Shown: positions 37,401 through 49,377 of the stretch, piece by piece
Layout of the letters: each line of letters starts with the position of its first letter
Numbering within the stretch: position 1 is the stretch's first letter
Assembly: GCA_964234715.1 (NCBI GenBank)
Contig: OZ174291.1
Source: Podarcis melisellensis
Taxonomy: Eukaryota
DNA length: 64,000 nucleotides
Direction: 5' to 3' (one strand)
Notes under the pieces: model-generated
Told to the model about the DNA's origin: nothing
Databases searched by the model: none
The model's input: only the letters and a program-made list of their open reading frames with translations
Translations under genes and position numbers: made by a program

Positions 37401-40400
37401 GTTCATCAGAGAGATTTAGCTGAACAGGAAACATACCTTCAAGGCCACTGTCCTCCTCTAGAGCATTTGGTCCAATCCTGGCCACCCTTCACACACCCAG
37501 CTTGATGTCCTGGGATCAAAAGAGCAGAACTGTGGCCTGTGGGGATGAGGAGGAATGAAATAAGTTACGGGTCAGCCAAAGCACATCCTCACGCCATGCT
37601 TCTGAATCATTTACCACAAGATCCGCCAACATTACTTTACTTTATACTTTATTGTCACTTGTACAACTTGTATACAGTGAGATTACACGTATAATGAGAT
37701 ACACGTGCCACACCAGGGGTTTTGAGGTACATCAGCCTCAGCCAGTGTGGGATGTCACCCAAACTGTGGCAACACACAAACAGCAGCGGATAATTATACC
37801 TCCAGGCCTCCCCTCAGGCCTGCTTCATGCCCCCTCCTTGAGTGCTTTTGCCTGGCTAGAATGTGTCATCTAAGTGGGATTGTATTTCTTGCTTGCCTTG
37901 CTTGGAGGATGGAGAGAGATCAGGGGAGGAGAGGAGTGTGTGGAAAACTCTGACTTTCACATGACCGAAATGCCGCCTGCCACAAAGGCCTTATCTGCGC
38001 TATGTGTTTAAAGCAGCGTCACTCCACTTTAAACCATCATGGCTTCCACTCTGCAAAGGATCCTGGGAACTATTTGTTACAGGTGCTGAGCGTTCTGAGG
38101 GAAAGCCTATTTATTCCCCTCACAGAGCTACAATTTCCAGAGTGGTGCAGTAGTCAATCCCTTCCCACAGGGAACTCTGGGACAGGAATAGGGGAGTCTC
38201 CTATCAACTCTTAGCACCCTTAAGAAGCTACAGTTCCCGTCATCCATTTTGCGGAGCCATGGCTGTTTAAAACAGTGTGATGGCACGTGAAATGAATAGC
38301 GCAGGGAAGGGGTGAAGTTAAGAAAGACATCCACTACTCCGCCCATTTTCATCTCAGGCCTCACGGACTCACGGCTGGCATGTGGCCCTTGGAAGACTGC
38401 TCCGCAGCCTGTTTTACACGGAAATGTTTTCACTCTTGCTCGCCTGTGCGAGCATTTCAAAGGTGAAACGCCATGTCTGCGACCTGTTTTAACATTTTCC
38501 TGTCTACAGGGCAGATCTACCAAGATCCCATTCAAGAACAGGGGCTGCTCTTGTAACGATTCAGAGACTGAAATGGTCTCTGTGCACCAAAGAAGACAGT
38601 GGACACAGAAGATCTGACTTTGCTCAATATATCGAGCCAGATTAGGTTGGCACACACCCGAGAAGGCCTGTCACTGCCCGTGACAAGAAGATTCCCGAGT
38701 CTAAAGCAACTGTGACAAGATGACAAGCGGGATTAATCTCTGCATCAGCTCAAGTCTCTTGTGGGAACCACCAGAGATCCCCTTTACTCAGGGTGGAAAT
38801 ACCTAAGCAGGGCTCTTGGTACACCACCACACTTCCACCATTTGTGTAGGGCACAGGCAAAGGATGGCCGCATTTTATCTCCTGAGGTACACATGTTCCT
38901 TAACAAGAACAATTAAAAAAAATAGAAACCAGGTTTCTAGCCCCAGAAAAGTTTAAAAAGTCAGGAAGCTGGTTGGCTGAACAGAGTTTTCAATGGCTGA
39001 GGACTGGTGCAGTGCTTCGCTTTACTACTACTACTACTACTACTACTTCGACTACTACTATGAGCCTTTATTGACATGTTAAAACAGTAAAATCATACAA
39101 AGGCATCCAAATACATTGATAATCCTTAGCATATTGTATCTTCCCATGACTAGCTGATACCTGCAAAAGAGAACTTTGGAAGATGCCACAAAAGGACATG
39201 CAATTGGGCACAACCATTGTAAGAATACCACTTTCGATACTATTTTTTCTTAACACATAAGCAGGACTATTACTTGTGCATTTCATTATGAGCGGTTAGC
39301 ATATTGGACCAGAAGAAGGCCCACTGGGCTGAAATGTGTTTGGTTTTAGGCAAACAGTAGTCACAAGAACACTAGTTTGTGGATTAGGCACTCACGTGGC
39401 CAGATTATGGTATTTATTATTATATTAAAGCATTCATATTCATTCCTTTATTCTATGTCATTTAAACATTTTTTTTTTATCCACTGTGGTATTAAAAGTT
39501 TGTTCACTCATCTCTTTGGAACATTTCAGCAGCAGTACGTTTCAATTTCCATCCTTACCCAACTTCTTGTTCTTGTCACAGAACACATTATGCAAAATCC
39601 CTAATGGCAGAGTATACAAACCAAAAAGGAATTATGCAGATACATTTTGCATATTTCATGCAGGTCACAGAGTACAGGTTTTCCAGACGTGGAGACAAAT
39701 TAGCATTCAGGACACACAGTCCTACCCAAAGCCTGGCTGCTGTGATTTTGACAAGTTGGGCAGCACCTAACTACAGACGCATCTGGAACAGCGAGGTGTA
39801 AGCAGGGCTTATCCAAGGAAGGCTGGCTGAGCCGTGGCCAAAGCTCACTCACGAGACCAGCTCAGCCACCTCACTTTGTAGTAAAGGTTGTTTTCTGAGC
39901 CATTCAAAACAGAGTACAAGTTCTTTGGAACATCAGCTCCCAGATCTGTCTCCAGGGATGTCACAGTAGTAGTGTAGTCCAGTGTAGAGCCAGGGTGGTT
40001 ATCGAGTGTTGGAGCCAGGAGAGACCAGGGTTCAATTCCCCACTCGACTATGAAGCTTATTGGGAGACCTTGGGATGGTCACTGCTTCTTAACATACCTC
40101 AGAGGGTTGCTGAGAGGATAAAATGGGGAGGGAGAACCGTGTATGCCACCTTGAGCTCCGTGGAGAAAAAGGCGGGATATAAATGTGATCAATCAATAAA
40201 CGGCACCACACTGCTCTAGGTCAGCCTTCCTAGTGGCCTTGTAGCTTTGGACTAGAGCTCCCATTAGTCTTAGACAGCATGGCCATTTGTGTCCACAACT
40301 TTCGCCATCAGTTGTAGTCCCGCTTAGGACTACAACTCCCATCAGCCACAGCATCACACAGTCTAGAGCTGACTGAGGTTTCAGCCTAAAACATCAGCAG

Positions 40401-40639
40401 AGCACTAAGTTGCTCTCTTAATGCTAGTAGTCTGTTTTTTTCCAGCAAGGTGGAATCCTCTCCCCTTTCCCTTTTGTTGAGGCCCCTGCCTCCAATCTTA
40501 CACAACTCTTATCGTAGGAAGAAAGGCAAAGGTCCCTTTCCACTTTAATCTCATTAAACCTTTCCACACTTCCCTTTTGTTTTTTCAACTCTTGGAACAT
40601 TCAGCTTACCACTGCAGAGCAAAATCAATGATGAGAACA

Positions 40640-40928
40640 AAAAGAAAGCCTGCTGGATCAGACCAGTGGCCCATCGAGTCCAGCATCCTGTTCTCCCAGT
40701 GGCCCAACCCCAATGGGAAGCCCAAAAGCAGGACCCGATCACCAGAGCAACACTCTCCCCTCCTGGGGTTTCCAGCAACTGAGATTCAGAAGGGCAGAAT
40801 GAAGGAGGGAAGAGCATAGCCATCCTGGCTAGTAGCCATTGATAGACCTCTCTTCCATGTATTGGTCTAATCCTCTTTTAGATGGCCAACATTGCCTCCT
40901 GCAGGAGAAAGTTCCATAATTTAACTAA
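40640..40928 (-). mobile_element. CR1 LINE 3' end
   Basis: Same family, reverse orientation. Confidence 0.78.
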
Positions 40929-41819
40929 GCGCTCCTCAAACTATGTGAACTTGCTTCCCCTCGAAGAGGATATTCTAGACCTGGAAAAAGATGCAGAAAA
41001 GGGAAACCAGGATGAGAACGACTTCCTGCTCTGTTTGGAAGCTCCCTAGAGCATCTGGCCAGCTGCTGGGACAGGGTGCTGAACAACGGTGGGCTTCTGG
41101 AAAGGCCCCAACACGGCCTTCCTTGTAACTGAAGCCACCAGGCCGCCTGAATCAGAGCCCTACACCCTTACATTTTTATTCTTCACATTAATGCAGAGTT
41201 TGGACTGAATAATCTCCACATCTCCTTTCCCAACAAATTTTTGGCTGGTTCAACTGCAGCCCTGAACTCTGCCTGCAATGATGGTGCTTCTGCCAATGCT
41301 GGTTCCCCGCAGAGCTGCCCGTCCCCTCCGCAACACTTTCCCCAAAGCATGCTTTTGCCGCATGAAAAGAAAATCCAGTTTAGCAAGCATCACGTGCTCC
41401 CTTTCAGAGCAGCCTGGCCCCAATAGGAAGGGCTCCGGTCCCTGGCAAAGAGTCAGACAGCAGGACCCAGGAGACAGCTCCTTCCCCCTCTCTGGAAAAA
41501 TTACACAAATGTCAATTGAAAGCAAGTTTTTCAAAGGAGGAGTGTGTGTGTGTGTTTGCACAATCATTCTCCTGTAATAATCAAGCATGGAGCTAAGCTG
41601 GGGGAGAGCGGGGTGGAATCCAAACTCTCTTGCATCTGCGGAGGCAGAAAAACACATACAAGCCCAGCAGGGCCACTAACTAAAGTTTTTCAATCCAAGA
41701 CTGGTTGCTGAATGTCATGGGGGTAGAATGGGAAAACCCCTACTAATGTTTATTTCTAAAGAACCGTTGGCATCCAAGGCACAAGCAGAAGACGGGGTGG
41801 CGGGGCGGTGACATTATCA

Positions 41820-42040
41820 TCATAATTTTATTATTTGTATGCCGCCCATATGACTGGGTTGCCCCAGCCACTCTGGGCAGCTCCCAACAAAATATTGAAA
41901 ACACAATAAAACATCAACCATTAAAGGCTTCCCTGAACAGGGCTGCCTTCAGAGGTCTTCTAAAAGTCAAATAGTTGTTTATCTGTTTGACATCTGATGG
42001 GAGGGCGTTTCACAGGGTGGGCGCCACCACTGAGAAGACC
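41820..42040 (-). mobile_element. L2 3' fragment
   Basis: gggagggcgtttcacagggtgggcgccaccactgagaag is the reverse complement of the L2 AFSVVAP.LWN motif. Confidence 0.7.
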
Positions 42041-42929
42041 CACTGCTATACAATAACTTATAATCGTAGAGGAGGAAGGAAGACAGGGAAGTGGTCCCAC
42101 AGGCGCACAGCCAGGCAACTCAAGAATGCAGGCGAAAAGCCAAAGTTTGTAGAAAATCTGGTTTTTAAGAGGGAGGAGGAGAGAGAGAAAGTTTCATCAC
42201 GTGAGTGTCCTGGCAGACAGCACTAGGCCTAGAATCCTCACTTAAGAATGACCCTGCTGGATGAGACCAAAGGTTCATGTAGCTGAGCTTTCTCTCTCAA
42301 AACAAACACCAGCCGTTGCCCCAGGCAACTCACGACTGCAGCACAAATCCAGCAGCTGCCCACTAGCCCCAAGTGGGCACTGAGGGACTTTTGGATAAAT
42401 GCAACCATCCCCCAAGGCTACAGCATATGCCCCCTGCCAAAACAAGTAATCTGCATCCTAGTTTAACCTAGTCCAAGGGATACTCTCCACCTGCTTCCAG
42501 GTTTCCAGAGCAAAACATCTCCCGTGCCAGATGCAGCCGGGTGACGTCTCTCCTCGATTGGCTCTTGGGCAAAGGCCCTTCACTTCTCCCCACGTTCACT
42601 CATGCAAACAACAAGATTAGCAGCCAAGAAAACACAGAAAATGAACCACTGTGGGCAGGGACAGAGGGAAAGGAGCAGAGACTGAGTTATGTCACGGCCA
42701 GCAGGCAAAAACTTTTTCTGTTGCCTTTCAGTCAGACACTATGAAAGCACTGGCAGGTAAAATATGATCTCTTCGTCGGTTACTGCAAGTTATTGGGACA
42801 CTTTTGTTACACCTGGAGAAAAACATTTGGCGGCTGGAGTGTTGCCATCAAAGAAGGGAAGAGGAATGTGGAAGAACTAGTGGGGTTCCTGGTGGTGAAT
42901 CGCCTTAAAGAAGCACAGCGCCAGCACCC

Positions 42930-43073
42930 CACAGAATTGAAGAGTTGGAAGGGACTGCGAGGGTCATCTAGTCCAACCCCCTGCAATGCAGGAAACCTTT
43001 GCCCCATGTGAGACTCGAACCCACAACCCTGAGATTAAGAGTCTCATGCTCTACCGACTGAGCTGTCCCAGCT
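42930..43073 (-). mobile_element. Short tRNA-derived SINE with CR1-type tail
   Basis: Reverse complement of the 9755-9892 family, with a well-preserved head (gctcagtcggtagagcatgagactcttaatctcaggg). Confidence 0.8.
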
Positions 43074-43254
43074 TGGATTACTGCATTTCTGGGACTTACT
43101 GAAGAAGGGAAGAAGAGTCCTACCAGAGCAAGCCAATGTCCCATCTAGTCCAGCATCCTGTTCTCACAAGACCCTGGTCATGAAAAGGCTTAGGAATGAC
43201 TACGCTAGAATGATTATTAATAATCACATCTGCATCAGAATATTATACAAACAG

Positions 43255-43530
43255 CTTGCTGGATGTTCTCACTGTGGCCAACCAGATACCCCAATGGGAA
43301 ATGCAAAAGCAGGACCCAAGCACAAGAGCAACTCTCCCTTCCTGTGACTTCCAGCTACTGGTATTCGGGAGCACTGCTGCCTCTGTCTGTTGAGGCAGAG
43401 CAGTGCCATCGTGGCTAGTAGCCATTGATAGCCTTCTCCTCCATGAATTTGCCCATTCCTCTTTTAAAGGCATCCAACTTGGCAAATATCTCTGCCTCCT
43501 GCGGAAGCGAGTTGCGTGGTTTAAGTACAT
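43255..43530 (-). mobile_element. CR1 LINE 3' end
   Basis: Same family, reverse orientation. Confidence 0.8.
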
Positions 43531-44649
43531 GCTATGCTGACAAGCGGCCACCCCTCCAAGACCCAGCATGGTGGTGGCCTCCTGTGGCTTCAGACCAAAC
43601 CCTGTCTCATTACCTCCGCTGGTTTCACCTCCTTCATCAGACACTTTCTGTGTGCTTCCAGGTCTACCTGGCCTTATACTGAGTTAGACCAACACTGCCT
43701 ACACTGACTGGCAGCGGCTCTCTAGGATTTCAGGGATATAACTCCCCCAGCCCTACCTGCAGTCACCAAGGATTGGACCTGGGACCTTGTGCGTGCAAAG
43801 CAGATACACCTTCCACTGAGCCACAGCATTCTCCAGAGGATTTTTTTTTTAAAAAAGGTAAAAACAGAGGTTCTCATTCAGAACCCACATCATAGATTAC
43901 ACGTTCCTATGTCTTTGTTTTCCTGGAGGCACCGTTTTCTCACAAGCTTTGGCTTGCAAGCCAGGATGGGAAGGAACATCTCTCCAAAAGAAGTATTGCC
44001 GTCAGGCTGCTTTTCGTGCACAGACTTGAGAAAAGCCTGGCTGTGCCAGCAGTTGGCTGGGAAATGTTAGTTCCGCTACACTTGGACAATGTGTTCCTGC
44101 TGGAAAGGGGGCTGGGAGGATGTCCCCCGCTAGGACCCTTCCACCCAGGGCCAAAGGGGAGGAGGGTGTCTGGACAAAATTTCGGCCAAAGATGCAGGCA
44201 AATCAGTAAGAATAACCTCACCCTGAGACCACCCAGTTCTTACGACACAGGGAAAGTAGGGAGCACCGAAATCTGAACAGAAGCATGTGGCAGCCATGTT
44301 GAACTTGATAGTGGCATTGCTTTTTATCAGTGTTTCATCTCACTTGTCCATTTGCCCCTCAAGGTAGTGCACAACAAAATTATAAAAATTAAAAGACCAG
44401 AAACTTTGGCCTCTGTCTCTCCAAGCTCTTCCTTTCCTGCTGTTTGCAGGAAAAACCTGGTCTAGGTTTTTCCTCCTCCCTCCCAAACCCTTTTCCTTTT
44501 GTGTCATGACTAGCAGGGCACTTCCAGACATTCTGTTTACTGGGCATTCATACCGATCAATCTGCAGGGAGATTAGATTACGCTGAGTATCATTCTGATT
44601 AATTTGTGGGGAGGTTAGATAGTGCTGCATCAAAGCAAGCGTTACTCAC

Positions 44650-44787
44650 CCACTTTGCAATGATTTCCACCACCACCACCACCCCGGCTTCATCACTTAT
44701 TGCAAGACGTCTGATCATTTGTGGAAACAACGCTCAATCCACTACAACTGCAGAACCTGAGTGTGCCAGTGTGTAACTGAAACCCAC
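44650..44787 (-). other. Candidate internal 5'-UTR exon (138 nt) of the minus-strand gene
   Basis: Minus-strand acceptor cttccattgtcactatttttAG (AG = 44788-44789) and donor TGG|GTGAGTAA (GT = 44648-44649), in unique sequence. Confidence 0.4.
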
Positions 44788-45519
44788 CTAAAAATAGTGA
44801 CAATGGAAGCCCCCTTAGATAGCTTCAGGGCAGAGACTGTCCTCTCATTCTAAGCCACTCTGGGAGCCTTATTTGGCTGTTGAGTAGGATAAAAATGCCA
44901 AAAAGAACAATAATAATGGAAAAAATAGCTTCAAGGATTGTTGTTTTAAGTGCACAAATTTAAAACACAAAAATGTTCAGCCCGCAGGCATACACACAGG
45001 CTCGTCTTCAACAGGCCTGCCTGCACAAACTGCAAACCACTGGTGCACACATGCTCCTTCTATCTACATTTCATGGGTTGGCCAATCACTTAACATCCTC
45101 ACGGCCTTTGCAGGCCCAATGGGACCAAGCCCCTCCTTGTCCGCCAACATATGACAGTCCTCACCCCACTTGGGAATCCCTGCAAATGGAATTCAGATGC
45201 ACACTGTCTCCAACACTGGAAGCAAAACATAGCCATCATAGCTGGTGGCAAGTGGCTGCCCTAACCTCCATGGATTTGTCTAAAGAACTGTTTTAAAAAT
45301 TTGGTTGCTGGTTACTCAATTGCTCTGGAAACAAAACCAACTCAACAATAAGGGAACCTGGGAGTTTCTGTGTGCAAAGCATTTGCTCTCCCACTGAGCG
45401 AAGGACGCTCAAGAAAAGATCGAGAGCAGAAAAGATTGAAAGAAAATCAGCATTAAGGTTAGAGAAAAGCTTCTATCTGAAAAAACAGTAGAGCCTCTGC
45501 AAGTCAGTGTGGAGTAGAC

Positions 45520-45652
45520 CAGCCTTTCTCAACCTTAGGTTCCCAGATATTGGACTACAACTCTCATCAACCCTCACCACTAGTCCTGATAGCTAGGGAT
45601 GATGGGAGTTGTAGTCCAACAACTTCTGGGGACCCAAGGTTGAGAAAGGCTG
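45520..45652. mobile_element. Palindromic MITE, same superfamily
   Basis: Arms cagcctttctcaacctt / aaggttgagaaaggctg with internal ggactacaact / agttgtagtcc. Confidence 0.75.
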
Positions 45653-46559
45653 GTCTACTGAGATCAATGGTAAGATGATAGAGTTTTATTGTAACATAAA
45701 TTTGCTGGGACAAATGTTAGGTTATGTTGATGTTTGTGTTTTCTACAATTTTGAAAAAGTCCTTCCTATGTCTCCATTTAGGAATCTAAAATAAATTACA
45801 TAAAACTTTTATTAGTGGAGGGCTACCCCCTACTCCACCGCCCTGCTCTCAGGCTACCCCACCCCTTTTTTAGTGTTTTAGTCTGCCTGAAAAGTGCACT
45901 TGAACTGTGATGGTGTCTCTTGCTTGCCTGAAGTGAAGATGGAGAGGAAAGTGTCTGTAAAACCTGAGGAGAGATCTACACCTTGCCCTGGCCCCAGCCA
46001 CCACTGGCATGAGGGTGCCAGAATACAACCCTGGGACAGAATAAAGGTTTCCCACTTTCTGAGCCAGATGGACCAATGGTCGGAGCCAGGATTTCCTTTG
46101 CCTTTGAATACCAGTGGCTGGAGAACAGAAATGGAGGAGAGGTTGTTGTCCATGTGCACTGCTCAGAGGGGCTTTTCACAGGGGCGTGGGGTGGAGATCA
46201 TGGGGCTGGCCGCAGTTCTAGATAGGCCTCTGGTCTCATCCTGCCGCAGCCAAGCTCTCCTGATGTCCTTATAACAGGTCAATGGGAAACAGAAGCAAGT
46301 TATGTTTTGGTTTTGTGGGAGAAATCAATTAATCACTCAATTGGGAAGGAAGAACAGGAAGGGAAGAAGGCTGGTGGGGGAGGGTTCACGTCGGGTGGGA
46401 AGGAAGAGGGGCAGTAAGCCTGGGGGCTGTGAGGCAGGTTCCCGAGAGGGGGAATTAAACGCCCAACTTGGGTCAAAAAGGACCCTCCGAGGGAAGAAAC
46501 GAAAGGGAGGAGGAGGAAGCAAACTGAGCAAAACAAGGAGAAAGACCCTATGAAGGAAT

Positions 46560-47350
46560 GCTGCGGTGGGGGAGGGGAGGGCCCAATGCGGTGGAAGGGA
46601 GAGCGTCAGTGACATCACGGGAGTCGGCCGTGACGTCAGGGAGACGCGGCTGTCACGTGCCTCCCAGCCAGCCTCCGCCGTTGCCTTCATCGCCGCCTAC
46701 CGTCGGTACTCACCGCCACCCGCTCTGTTCGCCGCCGCCGCGCTGCCTTCCCCGCTCGCTGCTTCTCGCCTCCTTGCCAGGCGCCGCCTGGCTCCGCTTC
46801 CTCACCGGGCCAGCCGCAACCCCGCCCATCTCGCTTGTGATTGGCCGCCTAAGTCACTCTCTGGCCTCCCATTGGCTGCCGCCGGAGACGCCTCTGTGGC
46901 CCTCCCCGCGACGGCCCCGCCCACTGTTTGACCCCCGCCTCCCTCCTGTCACTCACGCGCAGTTTCAAGCCTGGCGCCTTCGCGCCGCGTGCCACGCCTA
47001 CCCGGCCTCTGCGCGCCTCCTCATTGGCTGTCGTCCCGTCCGCCTCCTCGCGTTGCTCCTACTGGCTCTACGCCACGCCAGTCTCCTCCGCAAAGCGTCC
47101 CTCCGAACGTACTGCCTGCCCCGTTGATCCCAGACTTTCCATTGGTTGCGTCTCCGCCCTCTCGCCGCCACCTGGAGGCTCCTTCTCCTCCTATTGCTGG
47201 AATGCAAGCGCAGATTGACGAAAGAGGATGAACTTGAGCTGTGGTCGCTGATTGGCTGCCAGAGCTGAGGGAGGCGGAGCATAGTCCTCTAAGGGGGTTA
47301 TAGCGAAGAGTCGATGCACGTGACACTAGACGTGGCAGGTGCTGCACGTG
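46560..47350 (-). promoter_or_regulatory. CpG-island promoter driving leftward transcription; probably the pyruvate carboxylase (PC) distal promoter by synteny
   Basis: Very high CpG density. ATTGG (minus-strand CCAAT) at 46840, 46871, 47023, 47141 and 47251. GC boxes near 46820 and 46915. TGACGTCA at 46631-46638. CACGTG at 46654, 47317 and 47345. Gene identity is inferred only from mammalian order PC(-)/C11orf86(+)/SYT12(+). Confidence 0.75.
46714..46810 (-). other. Putative non-coding first exon (likely PC 5'-UTR exon 1); transcription start approximate
   Basis: Consensus minus-strand donor GCG|GTGAGTA (+ strand tactcac at 46707-46713), just downstream of the GC box and the CCAAT pair. Confidence 0.55.
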
Positions 47351-47664
47351 GAATGCTCGAGGTTTTATTTATTTCATAAAATGTGATATACGTACTGCGG
47401 CTTGTTAAAAAAAAAAGTATTTTACAAAAAGAACGATTAAATTTTCAGCAAAAACATTTAAAATACTGATTTATAAAATTAGCAATAAAGTGACATCTCA
47501 ACATTCTATAATAACTCTTAATAACCCTAATCATTGTTATTCATTTGCAATGTTGCTATTACATTTTTTAAAAAATTAAGAATTAGAGGAAGCTAAGCAA
47601 AAAGCTGAAACTGGGGCGGGGGGGGGTCTGGGCTTTTTTTTAGTTCTGGAAGCACCATTTGTTT

Positions 47665-47900
47665 TGTTTTGGATTTGATATCCCGCCTTTCACTCCCCTT
47701 CAGGAGTCTCAAAGCAGCTAACATTCTCCTTTCCCTTCCTGCCCCACAACAACCACTCTGTGAGGTGAGTGGGGCTGAGAGACTTCAAAGAAGTGTGACT
47801 GGCCCAAGGTCACCCAGCAGCTGCATGTGGAGGAGCGGAGAGGCAAACCCGGTTCCCCAGATTACAAGACTACCGCTCTTAACCACTACACCACACTGGA
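47665..47900 (-). mobile_element. tRNA-derived SINE (Squam3-like)
   Basis: Highly similar to 54123-54374; tRNA-like head on the minus strand (ccagtgtggtgtagtggttaagagc). Confidence 0.8.
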
Positions 47901-48619
47901 ATTATTCCCATCCCCACCCCTGCAACTCTTGCTAGGGCCAAGTAGGGCAAAAGCCTCCTTCGTTTATTTTAATATGTGGGTGTGATAGGTTTGTATACCT
48001 GGAAGAGAGGGGAAGATCTGACACGTTACTTCAAGGGAGCTGGAAAATAGGAAACTGATGTAGAGCACAGTCAGGCACTGTCGCAGTGGCAGAAGGCTAG
48101 AAAGCTTTGTGATTAACATTTTTCCCCCTCTCTCTTGACACCAGAATTCTAGGACTGAGCTGGTCACAATGACCACACACACTTCCTGCATTGCCTCTCT
48201 CATTAGCTCCTTGTGACTTTGACTCAAGTCAAGCGGAAACGTTTCCTTCCTCTGTCCTTCCCTCCTGGCTCAAAGTGTTGGTACCCCATCCAACTGATCC
48301 ATTGTGGACAGGAAAAGAAGCAGACCTGGCTGCTGCGTCCACCTTGGGCCAGGCCTCAGCCATTCTTCCTGGTCTTACTGGTTAAGGAGAAGCCATTTGA
48401 GGGTACAAAGCCCTAGCTTCTTTGCTTCAGAGGCCATTCTTCTCCACAGGGTGTCTTTTGATCCTGTAGGTAACAGAGGGCCATTTTATTAAGATATACT
48501 TGATTCACCACACTAAAGAGTTTGGTATTTTACCAGGAGCACCCGGTCAGAGAGCTGCATTATTATTATTTTTTAAAAATATTAAATGTAAAATAAAAAG
48601 TACAAACAACAAGGACAAC

Positions 48620-49022
48620 TAAGGAACACAAGAGCTCTGCAGGATTAGGCCAAGGGCCCATCTAGTCTGACATCTTGTTCTCACAGCGGTACCAAGAGAC
48701 CTGTGGAAAACCAGCAAGCAGGCAGCAAGCTCAAGAAAACTCGACTCTGCTCTGGTTTCCAGAGGCATTCCTGCCTTTGGGCGTGGAGTGAGAACATAGC
48801 CCATGTGGCTAGTAGTCATCGATGGCCTTTATCTCTTTTAAAGCCATCCATGGTGGCCATCCTTGCCTCCTGTGGCAGTGAGTTCCGTAGTTTAACTATG
48901 TGCTACCCTTTCTTTTCTCTGCCCTGAATCTTCCAACATTCTTCTCCACTGGATGTCCACAGGTTCTAGTGATTGGAGGGAGGGAGAAAGATAAAATTTT
49001 GCTGATCCACTTTCTCCATACC
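48620..49022 (-). mobile_element. CR1 LINE 3' end
   Basis: Minus translation includes TRTCGHP...NVGRFRAE, followed by the CR1 3' UTR. Confidence 0.78.
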
Positions 49023-49049
49023 AGACCTAATTTCATGAGCCAGCATGTC

Positions 49050-49377
49050 ACCTCTTTGCTCTTTGCCCTGTGGTGTGTATCATCACAGGTCCATGCTGAC
49101 CTTTGCACCCACAGAGATATCACTGAGGAGTGGGGAGTTTTGTTCTCATTTTCTTGCTGCTGGGGGTGGGTGGGTCTGGAACCAGATAAGAGAGCTTGCA
49201 CAGAAAGTCCAAAGCGATGGGTTCGGGTTAGCAACAGGGAGCTCCTCCTCTCCCTCACCCGAGGGTGAATCACCCTGCAAAAGAGGAAGGAAAAAGCACA
49301 CGCTCACCAGACCAGCTTGCGACAGAACATCAGCTGTACCAGATTGGCAGCGCCGGCTCCAGAAGTCACACCCAGGC
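49050..49377 (+). promoter_or_regulatory. Putative proximal promoter/5' region of C11orf86 with DR1 (HNF4/PPAR-type), GATA and inverted CCAAT motifs
   Basis: TGACCTTTGCACC at 49097-49109, AGATAAG at 49184-49190, AAAGTCCAAAG at about 49204-49214, ATTGG at 49343-49347. Non-repetitive sequence between a CR1 fragment and the ATG. Confidence 0.5.

Noticed and set aside
38128-38726. 175-aa ORF and acceptor-like site near 38509
   Set aside because: No recognisable homology, and all three + frames after the acceptor stop early.
42990-43073. tRNA-Lys-like sequence (also 9755-9822 and 35640-35685)
   Set aside because: Fused to a CR1-type tail and present in several degraded copies, so a SINE head rather than a tRNA gene.
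1-46700. Coding exons of PC or LRFN4
   Set aside because: No biotin-carboxylase (e.g. ANRGEIA) or LRR/Ig motifs found in any frame I could read; they presumably lie left of the window.
46558-47347. Several ORFs in the CpG island
   Set aside because: Low-complexity Pro/Arg/Ala frames expected from GC content.
49045-49377. 111-codon in-frame N-terminal extension of FACI from ATG 49045
   Set aside because: Similarity to the homologue begins at Met 49378, and the extension covers promoter-type motifs next to a CR1 remnant. Not formally excluded.
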